Source: Mobula hypostoma
Lineage: Eukaryota
Assembly: GCF_963921235.1 (NCBI RefSeq)
Contig: NC_086101.1
Location: 3,660,001 to 3,724,000, forward strand
DNA: 64,000 bases
Reading direction: 5' to 3'
The notes beneath the pieces are model-generated. The model did no database searches. It had not been told where the DNA came from and saw only the letters and a program-made list of their open reading frames with translations. This document shows, piece by piece, positions 1-12,885 of this stretch. Position numbers and translations under genes: made by a program. Positions within the stretch are counted from its first letter, which is position 1, and each line of letters starts with the position of its first letter.

Positions 1-886
1 CTCCCCTACACTCCCCGTCAGTGTGGCTAGACACATCTATAAACTTGCTGTTGACACGACTATTGTTGGCGGAATTTCAGATGGTGACGAGGAGGAGGAC
101 AGGAGTCAGATCGATCAGCAAGTTGAGTGGTGATGCAGCAACAACCTTGCACTCAACATCATGAAGACAAAGGAATTGATTGCGGATTCAGGAAGGGGAA
201 GTCGAGGGAACACACACCAGTCCTCATCGTGGGATCAGAAGTGAAAAGGGTGAGCAGTTTCCATTTCCTGCCTGTCAACATCTCTGAGGAACTATCCTGG
301 GCCCAACATATTGATGCAGTTACAATGAAAGCACAACATCGGCTATATTTCATTCGGAGATTGAGGGGAATCGGCCTGTCACTGAAGACACTTGCAAATT
401 TCTACAGATGTACTGTGGAGAGCATTCTAACTGGTTGCATCACTGCCTGGTGTGGAGAGGCCAATGTACGGTATCAGAAAACGCTGCAGAGAGTTATAAA
501 CTCAGCCAGCTCCATCATGGACACTAGACTCCCCAGCATCCAGGACACATTCAACAGATGATGACACAAAAAGTTGACATCCATCATCAAGATCCCCATC
601 TGCCAGGACATGCCTTCTTCTCATTGATACCATCGAGGACAAGGTATATGAGCCTGAAGACACACTCAACATTTCAGGAACAGCTTCTTCCACTCCACCA
701 TCAGACTTCTGAATGGACAATGAACCCATGAACACTTCCTCAGTATTTTCCCCTCTCTTTTTGCATCACTTTTTAAATGTATTTTAATTTATACTCATTG
801 TAATTTATAGTTTTTATTACCATGTATTGCTGCCACAAAACAACAACATTTCACCACATATGCCGGTGATACTAAACCTGATTCTG
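1..886 (+). mobile_element. Degenerate Rex1/Babar-like (L2/CR1 group) LINE 3' portion: RT C-terminus plus 3' UTR/tail
   Basis: ORF 127..561 has WAQHIDAV...QHRLYFIRRLR...FYRCTVESILTGCITAW, typical of the Rex/Babar ORF2 C-terminus. It is frameshifted and ends in ACTAAACCTGATTCTGAT. Confidence 0.75.
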
Positions 887-985
887 ATACACAAACACAC
901 ACAGCTGGGCTCAGACATACAACACTCCCACATACCTCCCTTTGTGACTCCTGTTTGCTACATGGTCCTTGGTATGAAGCTCTAA

Positions 986-1386
986 AAATTTATACCTATG
1001 CGGCAAATCGACGCCGTAACCTACGCAAATGGCCTACGTGAATCGTGAGTATTTATACTTGTGCGTTGGTGTGTTTGCATCGCTCTGCAAATTCGCGCAA
1101 GTCACGCATGCGCACACACATGCCCGTGCAAAGCTTCATGGTCATGGTAGTCTTTCGCGGGGTAAACAAGTTTAAAGCGAGCGTCTTTTTTCGTAAAAGC
1201 GAAATGTGTCCTCCATAATTTCGGAGGTCTGTAAAGGTTTATGGAAAGCATTGCAGCCAGAGTTCCTTCCCTGCCCTTCAGTCGCCCAATGGGAAACTAC
1301 TGCAGCGCAGGAGGAAATGCCATGCTACCAAGCGGACCAGTCACAGCTGTTGCGGTCTGCGGTGCCGCGACGCGCAGCTACATTTT
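986..1386 (+). mobile_element. Non-autonomous PIF/Harbinger-like transposon fragment
   Basis: Begins AATTTATACCTATGCG with an internal TTTATACTTGTGCG repeat. The peptide [27 protein letters not shown] resembles Harbinger transposase. It is absent from the paralogous site near 44350. Ends are approximate. Confidence 0.55.
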
Positions 1387-2089
1387 GCAACACCTGCCCT
1401 TTCAATTACGGCTCGGCGAGTTGTATCTGTTCACTATTTGAGTTCTATATTAAACAGACAGCACTGACTGGGAAGGAGGGTTTGAATACAAGAATACAGA
1501 TCTCCTCTGAAGTTATTTGGGGTCCTGGTGAGAGTGGACATGGAACGCTGCGCACAGGTCTGATCTCCCTCCGAGAGTCAGCCTGTGGGATGAAGGGAAT
1601 GAAAAGTTTTCCCCGATTAATTTAGGGGGTGAGTTCGTGTCCTCAAAGAGATTGTACTGACTGGGACTGTCTCAGAATTAGAGAAATGAGTAGTGGCGTC
1701 ACTGGCACAGACACAGTCTCACAGAATATTGACAGATTAGAGGCAGGAGTGATGTTCCCCCTGTGGGTGTGGAACTAGGGGTCAGAGACTCAAAATAAGA
1801 GATCACCTCAGCAGGACTGAGATGAAGAGAAATTGTCTCACCTTGAGTGCGATGAATCCTTAGAAGTTTCTCCATGAGGTTTCTAAATTCAAAAGGTAAA
1901 TTCAGGGGCTCAGCGAGGATGGGAAGTTTGGAGGAAAGAGGCACTGAGGTCAAAGATCAGCCATGCTCTGAGTGAAGGGCTGAGCTATCGCAAGGGGCCG
2001 AATGGCCACGCCTGCTCCTATTTCTTATTTTCTAAAACACGAATTTAGCTTTCTCTCTCGTTCACACTTGCCTTCAGTCTGTCGGATTG

Positions 2090-2500
2090 CACAGGAGAGA
2101 GGTGAGAGCACCGGAGACCCATCAGCAGCCGCTGCGGCGCAGCTCCGGTCTCCCAGCAGCAGGAGACGGGTTTCGGAGGCAGCTGCAGACAACAGGCCCT
2201 GATCCCCCGGGGAGAAAGGCCGGGCACCCTCCGTGTAGCTGAACCATCTCATGCAATCCTCGCAGTTTCTTCATCTCCGCAATCGGAATGATTGAAAACC
2301 CCGGCCGGTGTCGCAGCTTTGCCCGAGGAACTACTCCCGATCTCCGGCCTCGCCACCGGTCCAGTCGCTCCCGGTTCCAAACACCGGACCGCCTTCCGCC
2401 CCGAGCGCTCTGCGTCCCGCCCACTGACCCTGGGCGGGGCTGATCGCAGCCAATGAGAGCCGGCTTCTCCCAGCAGTGCTCGCTGATTGGCTGTGAGTGT
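2090..2500. promoter_or_regulatory. CpG-rich promoter-like element (GC boxes plus two opposed CCAAT boxes), copy 1
   Basis: High CpG density. GGGCGGGG at 2432-2439, CCAAT at 2450-2454, ATTGG at 2486-2490, and further reverse GC boxes at about 2394-2422. Confidence 0.55.
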
Positions 2501-2769
2501 GGCTGAGACGGAAGATCCCTGAAACTCAAAACCTCAAAGTACATTTTATCCTCAGAGTACTAAAATGTCACCACATACAACCCTGGGATTTATTTTCCTG
2601 CGGCCATACTGAGAAAATCTATAAAATAGTAACTGTAACAGGATCAATGAAAGATCAACCAGTGTGCAGAAAACAATACCATTGTACAAATGTAAATACA
2701 AATAAATAAATAAAGACAGAGAAGGTGAAATGACAAGGTAAAGAGTCTTTAAAGTGCGCGTCACTGGTT

Positions 2770-4362
2770 AGAAAGAAACCATAGAAACCATAGAAAAACT
2801 ACAGCACAGAAACAGGCCTTTTGGCCCTTCTCGGCTGTGCCGAACCATTTTCTGCCTCGTCCCACAGACCTGCACACGGACCATATCCCTCCATACACCT
2901 CCCATTCATGTATCTCTTCAATTTATTCTTAAATGTTACAAAAAGAACCCGCATTTACCACCTTGTCTGGCAGCTCATTCCATACTCCCACCACTCTCTG
3001 TGTGAAGAAGCCCCCACTAATGTTCCCTTTAAACATTTCCCCCCTCACCCTTAACCCATGTCCTCTGTTTTTTCTCTCCCCTTGCCTCAGTGGAAAAAGC
3101 CTGCTTGCATTCACTGTAACTATACACATCATAATTTTATATATCTCTATCAAATCTCCCCTCATTCTTCTGAGCTCCAGGGAATAAAGTCCTAATCTAT
3201 TCAACCTTTCCCTGTAACTGAGTTTCTCAAGTCCCGGCAACATCCTTGTAAACCTTCTCTGCACTCTTTCAACCTTATTTATATCCTTCCTGTAATTTGG
3301 TGACCAAAACTGAACACAATACTCCAGATTCGGGCTCACCAATGCCTTATACAACCTCATCATAACATTCCAGCTCTTATACTAAATACTTTGATTAATG
3401 AAGGCCAATGTAACAAAAGCTCTCTTTACGACCCTATCTACTTTTAGGGAAGACACTTTTAGGGAATTTTGTATCTGTATTCCCAGATCCCTCTGTTCTA
3501 CTGCACTCCTCAGTGCCTTACCATTAACCCTGTATGTTCTACCTTGGTTTGTCCTTCCAACGTGCAATACCTCACACTTGTCTGTATTAAACTCCATCTG
3601 CCATTTTTCAGCCCATTTTTCTAGCTGGTCCAAGTCCCTCTGCAGGATCTGAAAACCTTCCTCACTGTCTACTACACCTCCAATCTTTGTATCATCAGCA
3701 AATTTGCTGAACCAGTTTACCACATTATCATCCAGATCATTGATATACATGACAAATAACAGTGGACCCAGCACTGATCCCTGTGGCACACCACTAGTCA
3801 CAGGCCTCCACTCGGAGAAGCAATTCTCTACCACCACTCTTTGGCTTCTTCCATTGAGCCAATGTCTAATCCAATTTACCACCTCTCCATGTATACCTAG
3901 CGACTGAATTTTCCTAACTAACCTCCCATGCGGGACCTTGTCAAAGGCCTTACTGAAGTCCATATAGACAATATCCACTGCCTTCCCTTCATCCACTTTC
4001 CTGGTAACCTCCTCGAAAAACTCCAATAGTTAGTCAAGCATGTCCTACCACGCACAAAGCCATGTTGACTCTCCCTAATAAGTCCCTGTCTATCCAAATG
4101 CTTGTAGATTCTGTCTCTTAGTACTCCCTCCAATAACCGACGTTAAATTTACTGGCCTATAATTTCCAGGATTAGTTTTCGATCCTTTTTTAAACAACGG
4201 AACAACATGAGGCACTCTCTAATTCTCCGGCACCTCACCTGTAGACAGCGACATTTTAAATATTTCTGCCAGGGCCCCTGCAATTTCAACACAAGTTTCC
4301 TTCAAGGTCCGAGGGAACACCCTGTCAGGTCCCGGGGATTTATCCACTTTAATTTTCCTCAA
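2770..4362 (-). mobile_element. 5'-truncated CR1 LINE (RT domain), specific to copy 1 of the duplication
   Basis: ORFs 3382..4026 (YMDFSKAFD, GVPQGSVLGPLLF, KFADD) and 2929..3363. Microsatellite 3' tail (CATAGAAAC)n on +. GGTT is duplicated at 2766-2769 and 4363-4366, and the empty site is at 52780-52783. Confidence 0.9.
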
Positions 4363-5114
4363 GGTTGAGGGACCATCTCAATGGATGGGCAGGTGTGTGC
4401 AGTTATCCCCTACTGTTGAAAATCCTGATCTTTCAGGGCCAGTAAATGTCCTTGAACGTGGTGCTGTGAGTCCTGAGGCTCTTGTACCTTCTGCCTGATG
4501 GCAGCAGCAAGAAGAGAGCATGGCCTGGGGGGTAAGGATGCACCCTGGACCTGGGGGGAATGGACAATCGATATTTTGGTTTGAGACAGTCCAGATGAAA
4601 GATCTTGACCCCGAAAGTTGATTGAACATTTCTCTCCACAGATGCTGCCTGACCCACTCAGTTGCTCCCACATCTTGTTTCTTACTACAGCTTCCATCAT
4701 CTGAATTTCTTGTGCCTCTCTTCTCAGGGCTTGTTCTTTCACTCCTGCCTTCAAACAGCCCCTTCGTGTTCTTCTTAATCCCATCACACCTACTGGGGCA
4801 CCAGTCACCAACAGCAGATCCCCAGAGTCCTCAGTCCTGGGCCAAAGGTTGATCAGCCTTGTGGCTTTTCCTTTCACCACACAAACTCAATCGTCTTCCA
4901 GGGGAAGGTCCTTCCTATCCCAGGGATGAGGCCTTTGGTGATTCAGTTGGCGTTCCTGTCACACTGTGTTTTTACAGGATGGAGTGGTTAGCCCCATGAC
5001 CTCGTCCTGCAGCCAGGCTTGGGCAGTCCATGGCCAACTGTCCGACCAATTTAATGTGATTCTGATCCCAGCCCGAGGTGGAAACGGCAGTGTTTCCTTC
5101 CCACTGAGCACAAG

Positions 5115-5916
5115 TATAACACCCTGGTTCCAATTTTTACTGCTGTCTGTAGGTATTTCATTTTAGCAGTTCTATTAGAGCAGTCTGTTCTGCTTTCTGG
5201 CCTGTTTGGGTTTGAGCTAAGATAAGGGGCTTTGATGTTCAACTTAGGAATGTTTTGTCAGCCAATCAGGATGGTGGAATTGGGAGAAGGTTCTAGAGAA
5301 GGCCGGACGGAGAGGTTAATGTGTGGACACTGGTGAGGGTCGAGGTCTGTTTGGTTGGGGCTGGGAGGAGACAGGAGAGAAATTGGCTGAGGATGCCGTC
5401 CCGTTGCACAATGTTGTTTATGGAGTTGAATGATTTCAAGGAGAAAGGACCTATACTCCCGAGGGGAGTCCATTTGTTCGAGATGGATTTCGAGCGACAT
5501 TCGGAAGGTGGTGTGTGCTTTCACGCAGACCGAGGGTCCAACGTGTGAGTTAAAGACAACCTCAGGATGAGCTTCAACTTATGTGCACCTTATGGTGGGC
5601 CCTTATGTTTCCTTCTTTCTTTTCTTTAATAACTGTTTACTTAAGTTAACATTCATAAATATACTTTCTTTATAATTGCATGCTGTGTACGGTCTGTTAT
5701 TTTTGCCGCCGGGCGATTGCATGGGAGCAGCAAGTTACACAGCATTCAGACAGATTAGGGTTCGGGTGGGCGAGACATCCCAACCTCACGGATTTAGCGG
5801 GACGAAGTCATATCTACTCTAGACATACAGAGTGTGGGAAAGGTGATTTTCTTACCGCTGATTCCGGTGGCTGTTAGCGAGGGGCTCCAGACACGGCCAG
5901 TAAAAGGGGTTTCACA
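5115..5916. mobile_element. Putative old solo LTR immediately upstream of TRIM copy 1
   Basis: Imperfect inverted ends TATAACACCC...GGGTTTCACA. TACG flanks the right end here (5917-5920) and the left end in copy 2 (54752-54755), consistent with an ancestral 4-bp TSD. Confidence 0.4.
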
Positions 5917-5948
5917 TACGACAACATAATGTTCATGCCGTGAGACTG

Positions 5949-5981
5949 CAGCGCACCTAGTGGACAGTCGCGGTACTGCAG
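5949..5981 (-). promoter_or_regulatory. CTCF-like bipartite site (imperfect core) at the TRIM copy 1 promoter
   Basis: Minus strand reads CTGCAGTACC-N8-CCACTAGGTGCGCTG; the core lacks one G relative to CCACTAGGTGGCGC. Confidence 0.35.
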
Positions 5982-5998
5982 GCGTTCAGCCACTCCCC

Positions 5999-6027
5999 GA
6001 AAGTGGAAGGATCCTGAACCAGGAAGT
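5999..6027 (+). promoter_or_regulatory. Imperfect IRF/ISRE-like motif plus ETS motif
   Basis: GAAAGTGGAAG (5999-6009) and CAGGAAGT (6020-6027), just 5' of the ATG. Confidence 0.4.
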
Positions 6028-6039
6028 GCCGGAGTTAAC

Positions 6040-6450
6040 ATGGCTTCGACACGACAGGTCGAGAGTTTGACCGAGGAGGCAATTTGTCCCATCTGCCTGG
6101 ATTTCTTCACCGATCCGGTGTCACTGGAGTGTGGGCACAACTTCTGTCGCTCCTGTATCACACGGTGTTGGGAAAAGGCAGAGAGAAACTCCTGCCCGGA
6201 ATGTAGAGAGGAGTTTGCAGACCGCACCCTCAGGGTCAATCGGGCCTTAGCAAATCTGTCTGACAAAGCTCGAAAACTAAACCTGAATCCGAAAGGGAAG
6301 GAAAGTAAACTTCACTGCGAGAAACATGATGAAGAATTGAAGCTGTTTTGTGCGACGGACAGGAAACTGCTCTGTGTGATCTGCAGAGACGCGCGGGAAC
6401 ACAGAGAGCACCGCTTCCTGCCGATTGAAGAAGCTGTTGAAGTCTATAAG
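6040..6450 (+). CDS. TRIM gene copy 1 (TRIM39/A33/NF7-like E3 ligase), coding exon 1: RING plus B-box2
   Basis: CPICLDFF...CGHNFCRSC...CPEC (C3HC4 RING) and CEKH...FC..D...CVIC...H..H (B-box). Donor AAG|GTAAAA at 6451; 411 nt, phase 0. Confidence 0.95.
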
Positions 6451-6590
6451 GTAAAAATAAATCGATTTTGATCATCTGATGTATTTTTCATGACATATTT
6501 ATTTTCTCACCCCTGGTGTTTATGGGAATAAACTGGCCCGAATCGGCAATGCACCTTTATTGTCTAATTCCTTCACTCTCTGCTTCCCAG

Positions 6591-6686
6591 GACCGAGTTA
6601 AATCTGCCTTAGGCTCTCTCACAGAAAAGAAATCCGAGCTCAAGGAAATGGAACGGCAACAGAAAGAGATGATCGCTGGAGTTCGG
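6591..6686 (+). CDS. TRIM copy 1 exon 2 (coiled coil, 96 nt)
   Basis: Pyrimidine tract ...TGCTTCCCAG|GAC; encodes DRVKSALGSLTEKKSELKEMERQQKEMIAGVR; donor CGG|GTGAGG. A 96-nt exon is typical of class IV TRIMs. Confidence 0.92.
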
Positions 6687-6756
6687 GTGAGGATTTCCTG
6701 AGCAGAATTTCCAATATCGTTGTGTAGCTTTGATCTCTTTAATGCCGAATAGAGTA

Positions 6757-7030
6757 TCGCAGCTCCAGTGACCTGGGTTCGATTCTGACCTCTGGTGCTG
6801 TTTGCGTGGAGTTCGCATGTTCTCCTTGAGATCACCGTGGGCCGGCATTGCCAAGAAATCCAGGTTGAATGTATCATTCGCTTCTGTAATTAACCCTGTG
6901 AAGGCGGGTGGACTGTGAATCAGGTGAGAGGTAATGGGTCAGTGAGGAAGAATTGGTTTCAGGGATTGAATTTCTGAGAATCAGCATAGAGTCAACAGGC
7001 TGAATGGTCTCCTTCCAGGTGATAGGGAAA
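6757..7030 (+). mobile_element. Degenerate V-SINE/HE1-like SINE in intron 2 (also at about 56060-56345)
   Basis: B-box-like GGTTCGATTC followed by V-domain-like GTGGAGTTCGCATGTTCTCC. Boundaries are approximate. Confidence 0.5.
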
Positions 7031-7075
7031 TACTTTACAGCCAAATAATAAGCTACCTTCTCCTTTCATTAACAG

Positions 7076-7309
7076 AAACAGTCAAACGGCGTTCAGTCCC
7101 ACATCACTTCCCAGTTCGCTGAACTGCGCCAGATTATCACCGAGAAAGAGCAGCGCTTACTCCGAGATCTCATGGAAGAAGAGGCGAGGATTCTAAATCC
7201 AATGGAGATAAATCTTCGACAGATTCAAGAGAATTTAAATTCTATCCAGAAGGAAATCTCCAAGTTACAGGAACAGATGGCCCAACAAGAAAATATCACA
7301 TTCCTCATG
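7076..7309 (+). CDS. TRIM copy 1 exon 3 (coiled coil, 234 nt)
   Basis: TTTCATTAACAG|AAA; encodes KQSNGVQSHITSQFAELRQIITEKEQRLLRDLMEEE...QENITFLM; donor ATG|GTGAGA; open frame. Confidence 0.92.
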
Positions 7310-7716
7310 GTGAGAGATTTCAGTTTGGTTCTGTAAAAGTGCAGAGTATTAAAATGATGTATTTTAACTAAATGTGGTGTTTACAGAAACTATCATTGTA
7401 AACAAATTGAAACTGGACAGATGTTTTGACTGTACAGGACTGTTGCTGTTCCCCAAACCGACCTCCCACAACATCTGTACGTCACAGGACAGTCTGTAAC
7501 CTTCTCGGAAATGAGTTACTCTGATCAGAGCACTGAGCTGGTGATAGTTTCTGTGATTTACACGTATAATTGATTTCTACGTGTATACTCAGAGTAACCA
7601 GTTACAGTCACAGGCTGTGAGTGTGTCTGGTGTGGTGGGTGTGATGGTTCTCTGTATATCAGTGGGAACTGAGATTGATTTGCACATTGTGACCTACACA
7701 TCAGATTAAACATCTA

Positions 7717-9262
7717 CAGCGTCTATAAAAGTATTCACAGCCACCCCCTCCCCACTTGAAAGTTTTCATCTTTTTCATGTTTTATTGTCTCAAAGTAAAA
7801 ACAGATCTCTGCATTAATCTAAATTAATTAGAAATATAAAACACAAAATAACTGATTGCATAAGTAATCACCCCCATGAAGTCAGTATTTAGTAGATGCA
7901 TCTTTGTCAGCAATTACAGTCTTGAGTCTGTATGGCTAGCTCTCTATCAGCTTTGCACATCTGGACACTATAATTTTTCCCCATTCTTCTTCACAAAAAT
8001 GCATAAGATCAGTCAGAATGTATGGGGATTGTGAGTGAACAGCACTTTTCAAGTCCAGCCACAAATTCTCAATTGGATTGAGGTCTGGACTCCGACTTGG
8101 CCATTCCAGGACATTAAATTTGTTATTTTTAACCTATTCCTGTGTAGCTTTGGCTTTATACTTGGGGTGATTGTCTTGCTGGAAAACAATTCATTTCCCA
8201 AGTCGTATTTCTCTTGCAGACTGCATCAGGTTTTCCTCCAGGATTTCCCTGTATTTTGCTGCATTCATTTTCTCTTCTGCCGTACAAGCCTTCCAGGGCC
8301 TGTTGCAGTGAACCATCCCCACAGCATTATGCAGCCGCCACCATGCTTCACGGTCGGGGTGTTTTTGATTATGTGCCGTGTATCCCTTGCTCCTAAAATA
8401 GTGTTTGATCTGATGGCCAAAAAGCTCAATTTTGGTTTCATCAGACCATAGAACCTTCTTCCAGCTGACTTCAGAGTCTCCCATATGCCTACTGGAACTC
8501 TTGCCAAGATTTCATGTTCGTTTTTTTCAACAATGGCTTTCTCTTTGCCAATCTCCCATAAAACTGTGACCGGTGAGCAATTGTTGTTTTTGTAGCCTCT
8601 CCTATCTCAGCCATTGAGGCTTGTAACTCCTCCAGAGTTGTCATAGGTTTCTTGGTGGCCTCTCTGACTAGTCCCCTTCTTGCAGAGTAATTCAGTTGAC
8701 AGCCTGTTCCAGGCATATTTACAGTTGTGCCATATTGCTTCCATTTCTTGATGATTGACATAATTCAGTGACTTGGAAATGATCCTGTATCCATCTCCTG
8801 ACTTGTGCTTTTCAATAACCTTTTGGTGGAGTTGCTTGGAGTATTCTTTAGACTTCATGGTGTAGTTTTTGCCAGGATACTGATTCACCAGCAGTTGGAC
8901 CTTCCAGATACATGTGTATTTTTACGACAATCAATTTGAAACATTTTGACTGCATACAGGTCTCCGGAAACAGATCTCCATTTAACTAATTATGTGACTT
9001 CTAAAACCGATTGGCTGCACTAGCGATAATTTGGTGTGTCATATTTAAGGAGGTGAATTCCAATGCAATGAATTATTTTGTGTTTTATATTTGCAATTAA
9101 TTTGGATCACTTTGTAGAGATCTGATTTCACTTTTAACACGAAAGAGTCTTATTCTTTTGATCAGTGTCAAACAAGCCAAATTAATTCTACTGTGATTCA
9201 ATTTTTTATAACAACAAAAGATGAAAACTTCCAAGGGGGGTGAATACTTTTTACAGGCACTG
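7717..9262 (-). mobile_element. Defective Tc1-like DNA transposon in intron 3
   Basis: TA TSDs at 7715-16 and 9263-64. TIRs CAGCGTCTATAAAAGTATTCAC / GTGAATACTTTTTACAGGCACTG. Transposase relics: [69 protein letters not shown], with frameshifts. Confidence 0.92.
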
Positions 9263-9443
9263 TATATCAGCTTGCATCAGGTTCATTGTTTTAGAGACCT
9301 TTCTTTTCCAGATATATTCTTCATCAGATTATATCCCATTTTACATCATAGACAGGTCTTTCAACACTTCTTCTCATATCATTTCCCACTTCAGAAGCAA
9401 CCTTCCACCTATCACCACACCCAGCAACAGTGCCCAGAACTCC

Positions 9444-12050
9444 ATAAGAACATAAGAATTAGGAGCAGGAGTAGGCCATCTGGACCATCGAGCCTGCTCC
9501 TCCATTCAATAGGATCATGGCTAATCTGACCATGAACTTATCTCCACCTACCTGCCTTTTCCCCATAACCCTTAATTCCTCTACTGTGCAAAAAATTATC
9601 CAACCTTGTCTTAAATATATTTATTGAGGTGGCCTCTACTGTTTCATTGGGCAGAGAATTCCACAATCTCACCACACTCTGGGAAAAGCAGTTCCTCCTC
9701 ATCTCTGTCCTAAATTTACTCCCCTGAATCTTGAGGCAGTGCCCCCTAGTTCTAGTCTCACTTACCAGTGGAAAGAACTTTCCTGCCTCTATCCCTTTCA
9801 TGATTTTATGTTTCTATAAGATCTCCTCTCATCCTTCTGAATTCCAGCGATATAATCCCAGGTGATTCAATCTCTCCTCATATCTAACCCCCTCATCTCT
9901 GGAATCAACCTGGTGAACCTCCTCAGCACCACCTCCAAAGCCAGTATATCCTTCCTCAAGTAAGGAGATCAGAACTGCAGGCAGTACTCCAGATGTGGCC
10001 TCACCATTACCCTGTACAGTTGCAGCATAACCTCCCTGTTCTGAAATTCAATCACTCTAGCAATGAAGGTCAATGTTCCATTTGCATTCTTGATAGCCTG
10101 CTGCTTCTGCAAAACAATCTTCTTGCAACTCATGCACAAGTACTCCCAAGTCTCTCTGCACAGCAGGATGCTAAAAACTTTTACCATATTAATAATAAGC
10201 TGATCTTCCACTTTTCCTTCTAAAGTAGATGACGTCACATTTACCAAAATTGTACTCCATCTGCCAGGCCCTTGCCCATTCACTTAACCTATCTATATAT
10301 CTCTGCAGACTCTCCGTATCCTCTGCACAATTTGCTTTTACGCTCAATTTACTGTCATCAGCAAAATTAAATACACTAATTCTGTCTTGCAGTTTGTGGG
10401 TGTATATCGTGAACAGTTGCAGGTCCAGCACTGACCCCTGCAGCACACCACTCACCACTGATTGCCAACCATGGAAACACCCATGTATCCCAACTCTCTG
10501 CTTTCTGTTGGTTAACTAATCCTCTAGCCATGCTAATAGATCACCCCAACTCTGTGCATCCTTATCTTATGGATAAGTCTTTTATGTGGCACCTTATCAA
10601 ATGCCTTTTGGAAGTCTAAGTAAATAACTTCTATCTGTTTTCTATCCACTGCGCTCATTATATCCTCAAAGAACTCCAGTAAGTTTATCACACAGGAGCT
10701 GTCTTTGTTGAATCCATGCTGCTCTGTCTGGTAGATCAATTTCTTTCCAGATGCTTCGCCTTTTCCTTTTTATTGATAGCTTCAAGCATTTTCCCAGCTA
10801 CAGACATGAAACTAACTGGCGTATAATTGCCTGCCTTTTGCCTACATCCTTTGTTGAACAGTGGCGTGACTTTCGCCTTCTTCCAATCATCCGAGATCTG
10901 CCCAGAATCGTGAGAGATTTAGTAAATTATCACCGAAGCCTTTGCCATTTCGTTCAGTATCCTGGGATGTATTCCAGGACCTACCTATCTTTAGGCTCAC
11001 ATGTTTGCTCAGCGCTACCTCTTTAGTGATCGCTATTGTGTTGAGGTCCTCACCTCTTATCGCAGTCATATAATTTCTCTTTGGCATGTTAGATGTGTCC
11101 TCCACCCCAAAGACCGAAACAAAATAGCCATTCAAAACCTCGGCCATTTCCTCATTACGGAATATCAATTCCCCTTTCTCGTCCTACAAGGGACCTATGT
11201 TCACCTTGGACACCCTTTTCCACTTTATAAAATTATAAAATCTTTTACTATCCATTTTTATATTTTGTGCTAGTTTATTTTCACAAGCTATCTTACCTTT
11301 CTTTATTGTTCACTTTGTGGTTCTTTGTTACTTTAAAAAGTTTTCCCAGTCTTCCAGTTTCCCACTTGTCTTGGCAACGTTGTACGCACGAGTTTTCAGT
11401 TTGATGCCTTCCTTTAGTTCCTTAGTTATTGATGGCTCTCCCCACCCTTACTGTCCTTGTTTTTAACTGGAATATACTTTTGTTGAGCACCATGAAAAAT
11501 CTCTTTGAAATTCTTCCACTGTTCCTGAACCGTCCCACCATATACCCTGTGTTCCCAGTCTACCACATCCAGCTCTTTCCTCATCCCTTTGCAGTCTCCA
11601 TGATACACTGGTTTTAGATCAAACTATTGCACCCTCCATTTGTATGAGAAACTCAATCACACCATGATCACTCTTTTCAAAAGGATCCTTAACTACAAGA
11701 TCACTAATTTTACCTGTCTCATTGCACAAGACCCAATCTAAGTTAGCACATTCCCTTGTAGGTTCAGTCACATGCTATTCAAGAAAGCTATCATGTATGA
11801 TTCTATGAAGTCCTCCTCAGGAATGCCTCGACCAACATGATTCACCCAGTTAAAGTACCCACGATAACTGCTCATGCCTCAGATATTTCCCTGTTTATTG
11901 CCTGTGCCACTGTAATGTTAATATTCAGTGGCTGATAGACAACTTCCAACTGTGCTTCCTCACACAAGCTTCTCGAGTCAAAATCGGTAAACTATACCGC
12001 GAAACAACGGTAAGTCCAGCCTTGTTGGTCCGATAACAACTTCATCACTA
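9444..12050 (-). mobile_element. Old degenerate CR1 LINE in intron 3
   Basis: Tail (CATAAGAA)n at the left end; fragments YLDFQKAFDKVPHKRL, GVLQGSVL, NFADD; many frameshifts. The paralogous, partly deleted copy is at about 58604-60420. Confidence 0.85.
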
Positions 12051-12767
12051 TTCTAATTATTGGTTTGCTTTCTCTCTTTGCAAAACACGCTAAGTGCCTC
12101 TATTACCGCGGGCGCTAGCAAACGGCTTATGCAAAGGCGAGAAAAATGGCCTCTCAAAACAAGGGACAGGCTAGAAAAAATCCTTTGTGGCCACTGTAAG
12201 GTGACCAAATGCAAGTTATAGAAGCAGTCATTTCTGTAATTTAAAAAAGAACAAAAGAATGCTACAGGCCAAACCAACCAAATCTCTTTCTCACGCACAC
12301 ACTAACTCACTGTCACTCTCCTGAACAGCACAGAGTTGGACTGGAGTCTGTATGTGTTTATCCAGCTTCCCCATTACATTCAGTCCCGGCTGTTCCACTT
12401 CAACCACTCCTATGGCAGTGAGTTCCACATTCCCTTCACTACATTTCAAGCAGAGATACGTTCTGTACCCACACCCAATCCAATCCACCACTAAACTTAA
12501 ATTTCGGCATCTGATCCTCCCTGACATGATATCCCAATAAAAATGGATAGCCTGTCCAGTCTTTCCCATCAGTTCCATCCTCTCAGTTATGGGATAATTA
12601 TCAGAAAGATTCCTTGTACTTTCTCCCGGGTTCTGTGTCCCTTGTTGCAGTATCCCCTTTCTCCGTGTGTGAGCTGAGAAGTGGGAAATTTGAATCACTT
12701 GGCTCAAATTCCTGCTGTCAGGATGTACACAGTCAGTGAATTGAGATCTGTATTTTATTTGTTTCAG

Positions 12768-12790
12768 GAGGAAGCTCGTCGGAAGAGGAG
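12768..12790 (+). CDS. TRIM copy 1 exon 4 (23-nt micro-exon)
   Basis: TTTTATTTGTTTCAG|GAGGAAGCTCGTCGGAAGAGGAG|GTAGGA; encodes EEARRKR. A 23-nt exon is characteristic of class IV TRIMs, and it is conserved in copy 2. Confidence 0.88.
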
Positions 12791-12885
12791 GTAGGACATG
12801 GTCCTTTCTGAAACACAGTTGGATTTGTAAAATATTTCAAATATCACTGATGCTCAGTTTATAACCAGTTGTGTAATATTTACAG

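Noticed and set aside
2122..2544. 140-aa and 167-aa minus-strand ORFs present in both duplicated CpG islands
   Set aside because: GC-rich sequence is stop-poor, the similarity is explained by the recent duplication, and no domain is recognisable.
5874..6266. Antisense ORF over TRIM exon 1 (also 55193-55558)
   Set aside because: Shadow of the coding strand; start positions differ between copies and there is no independent coding signal.
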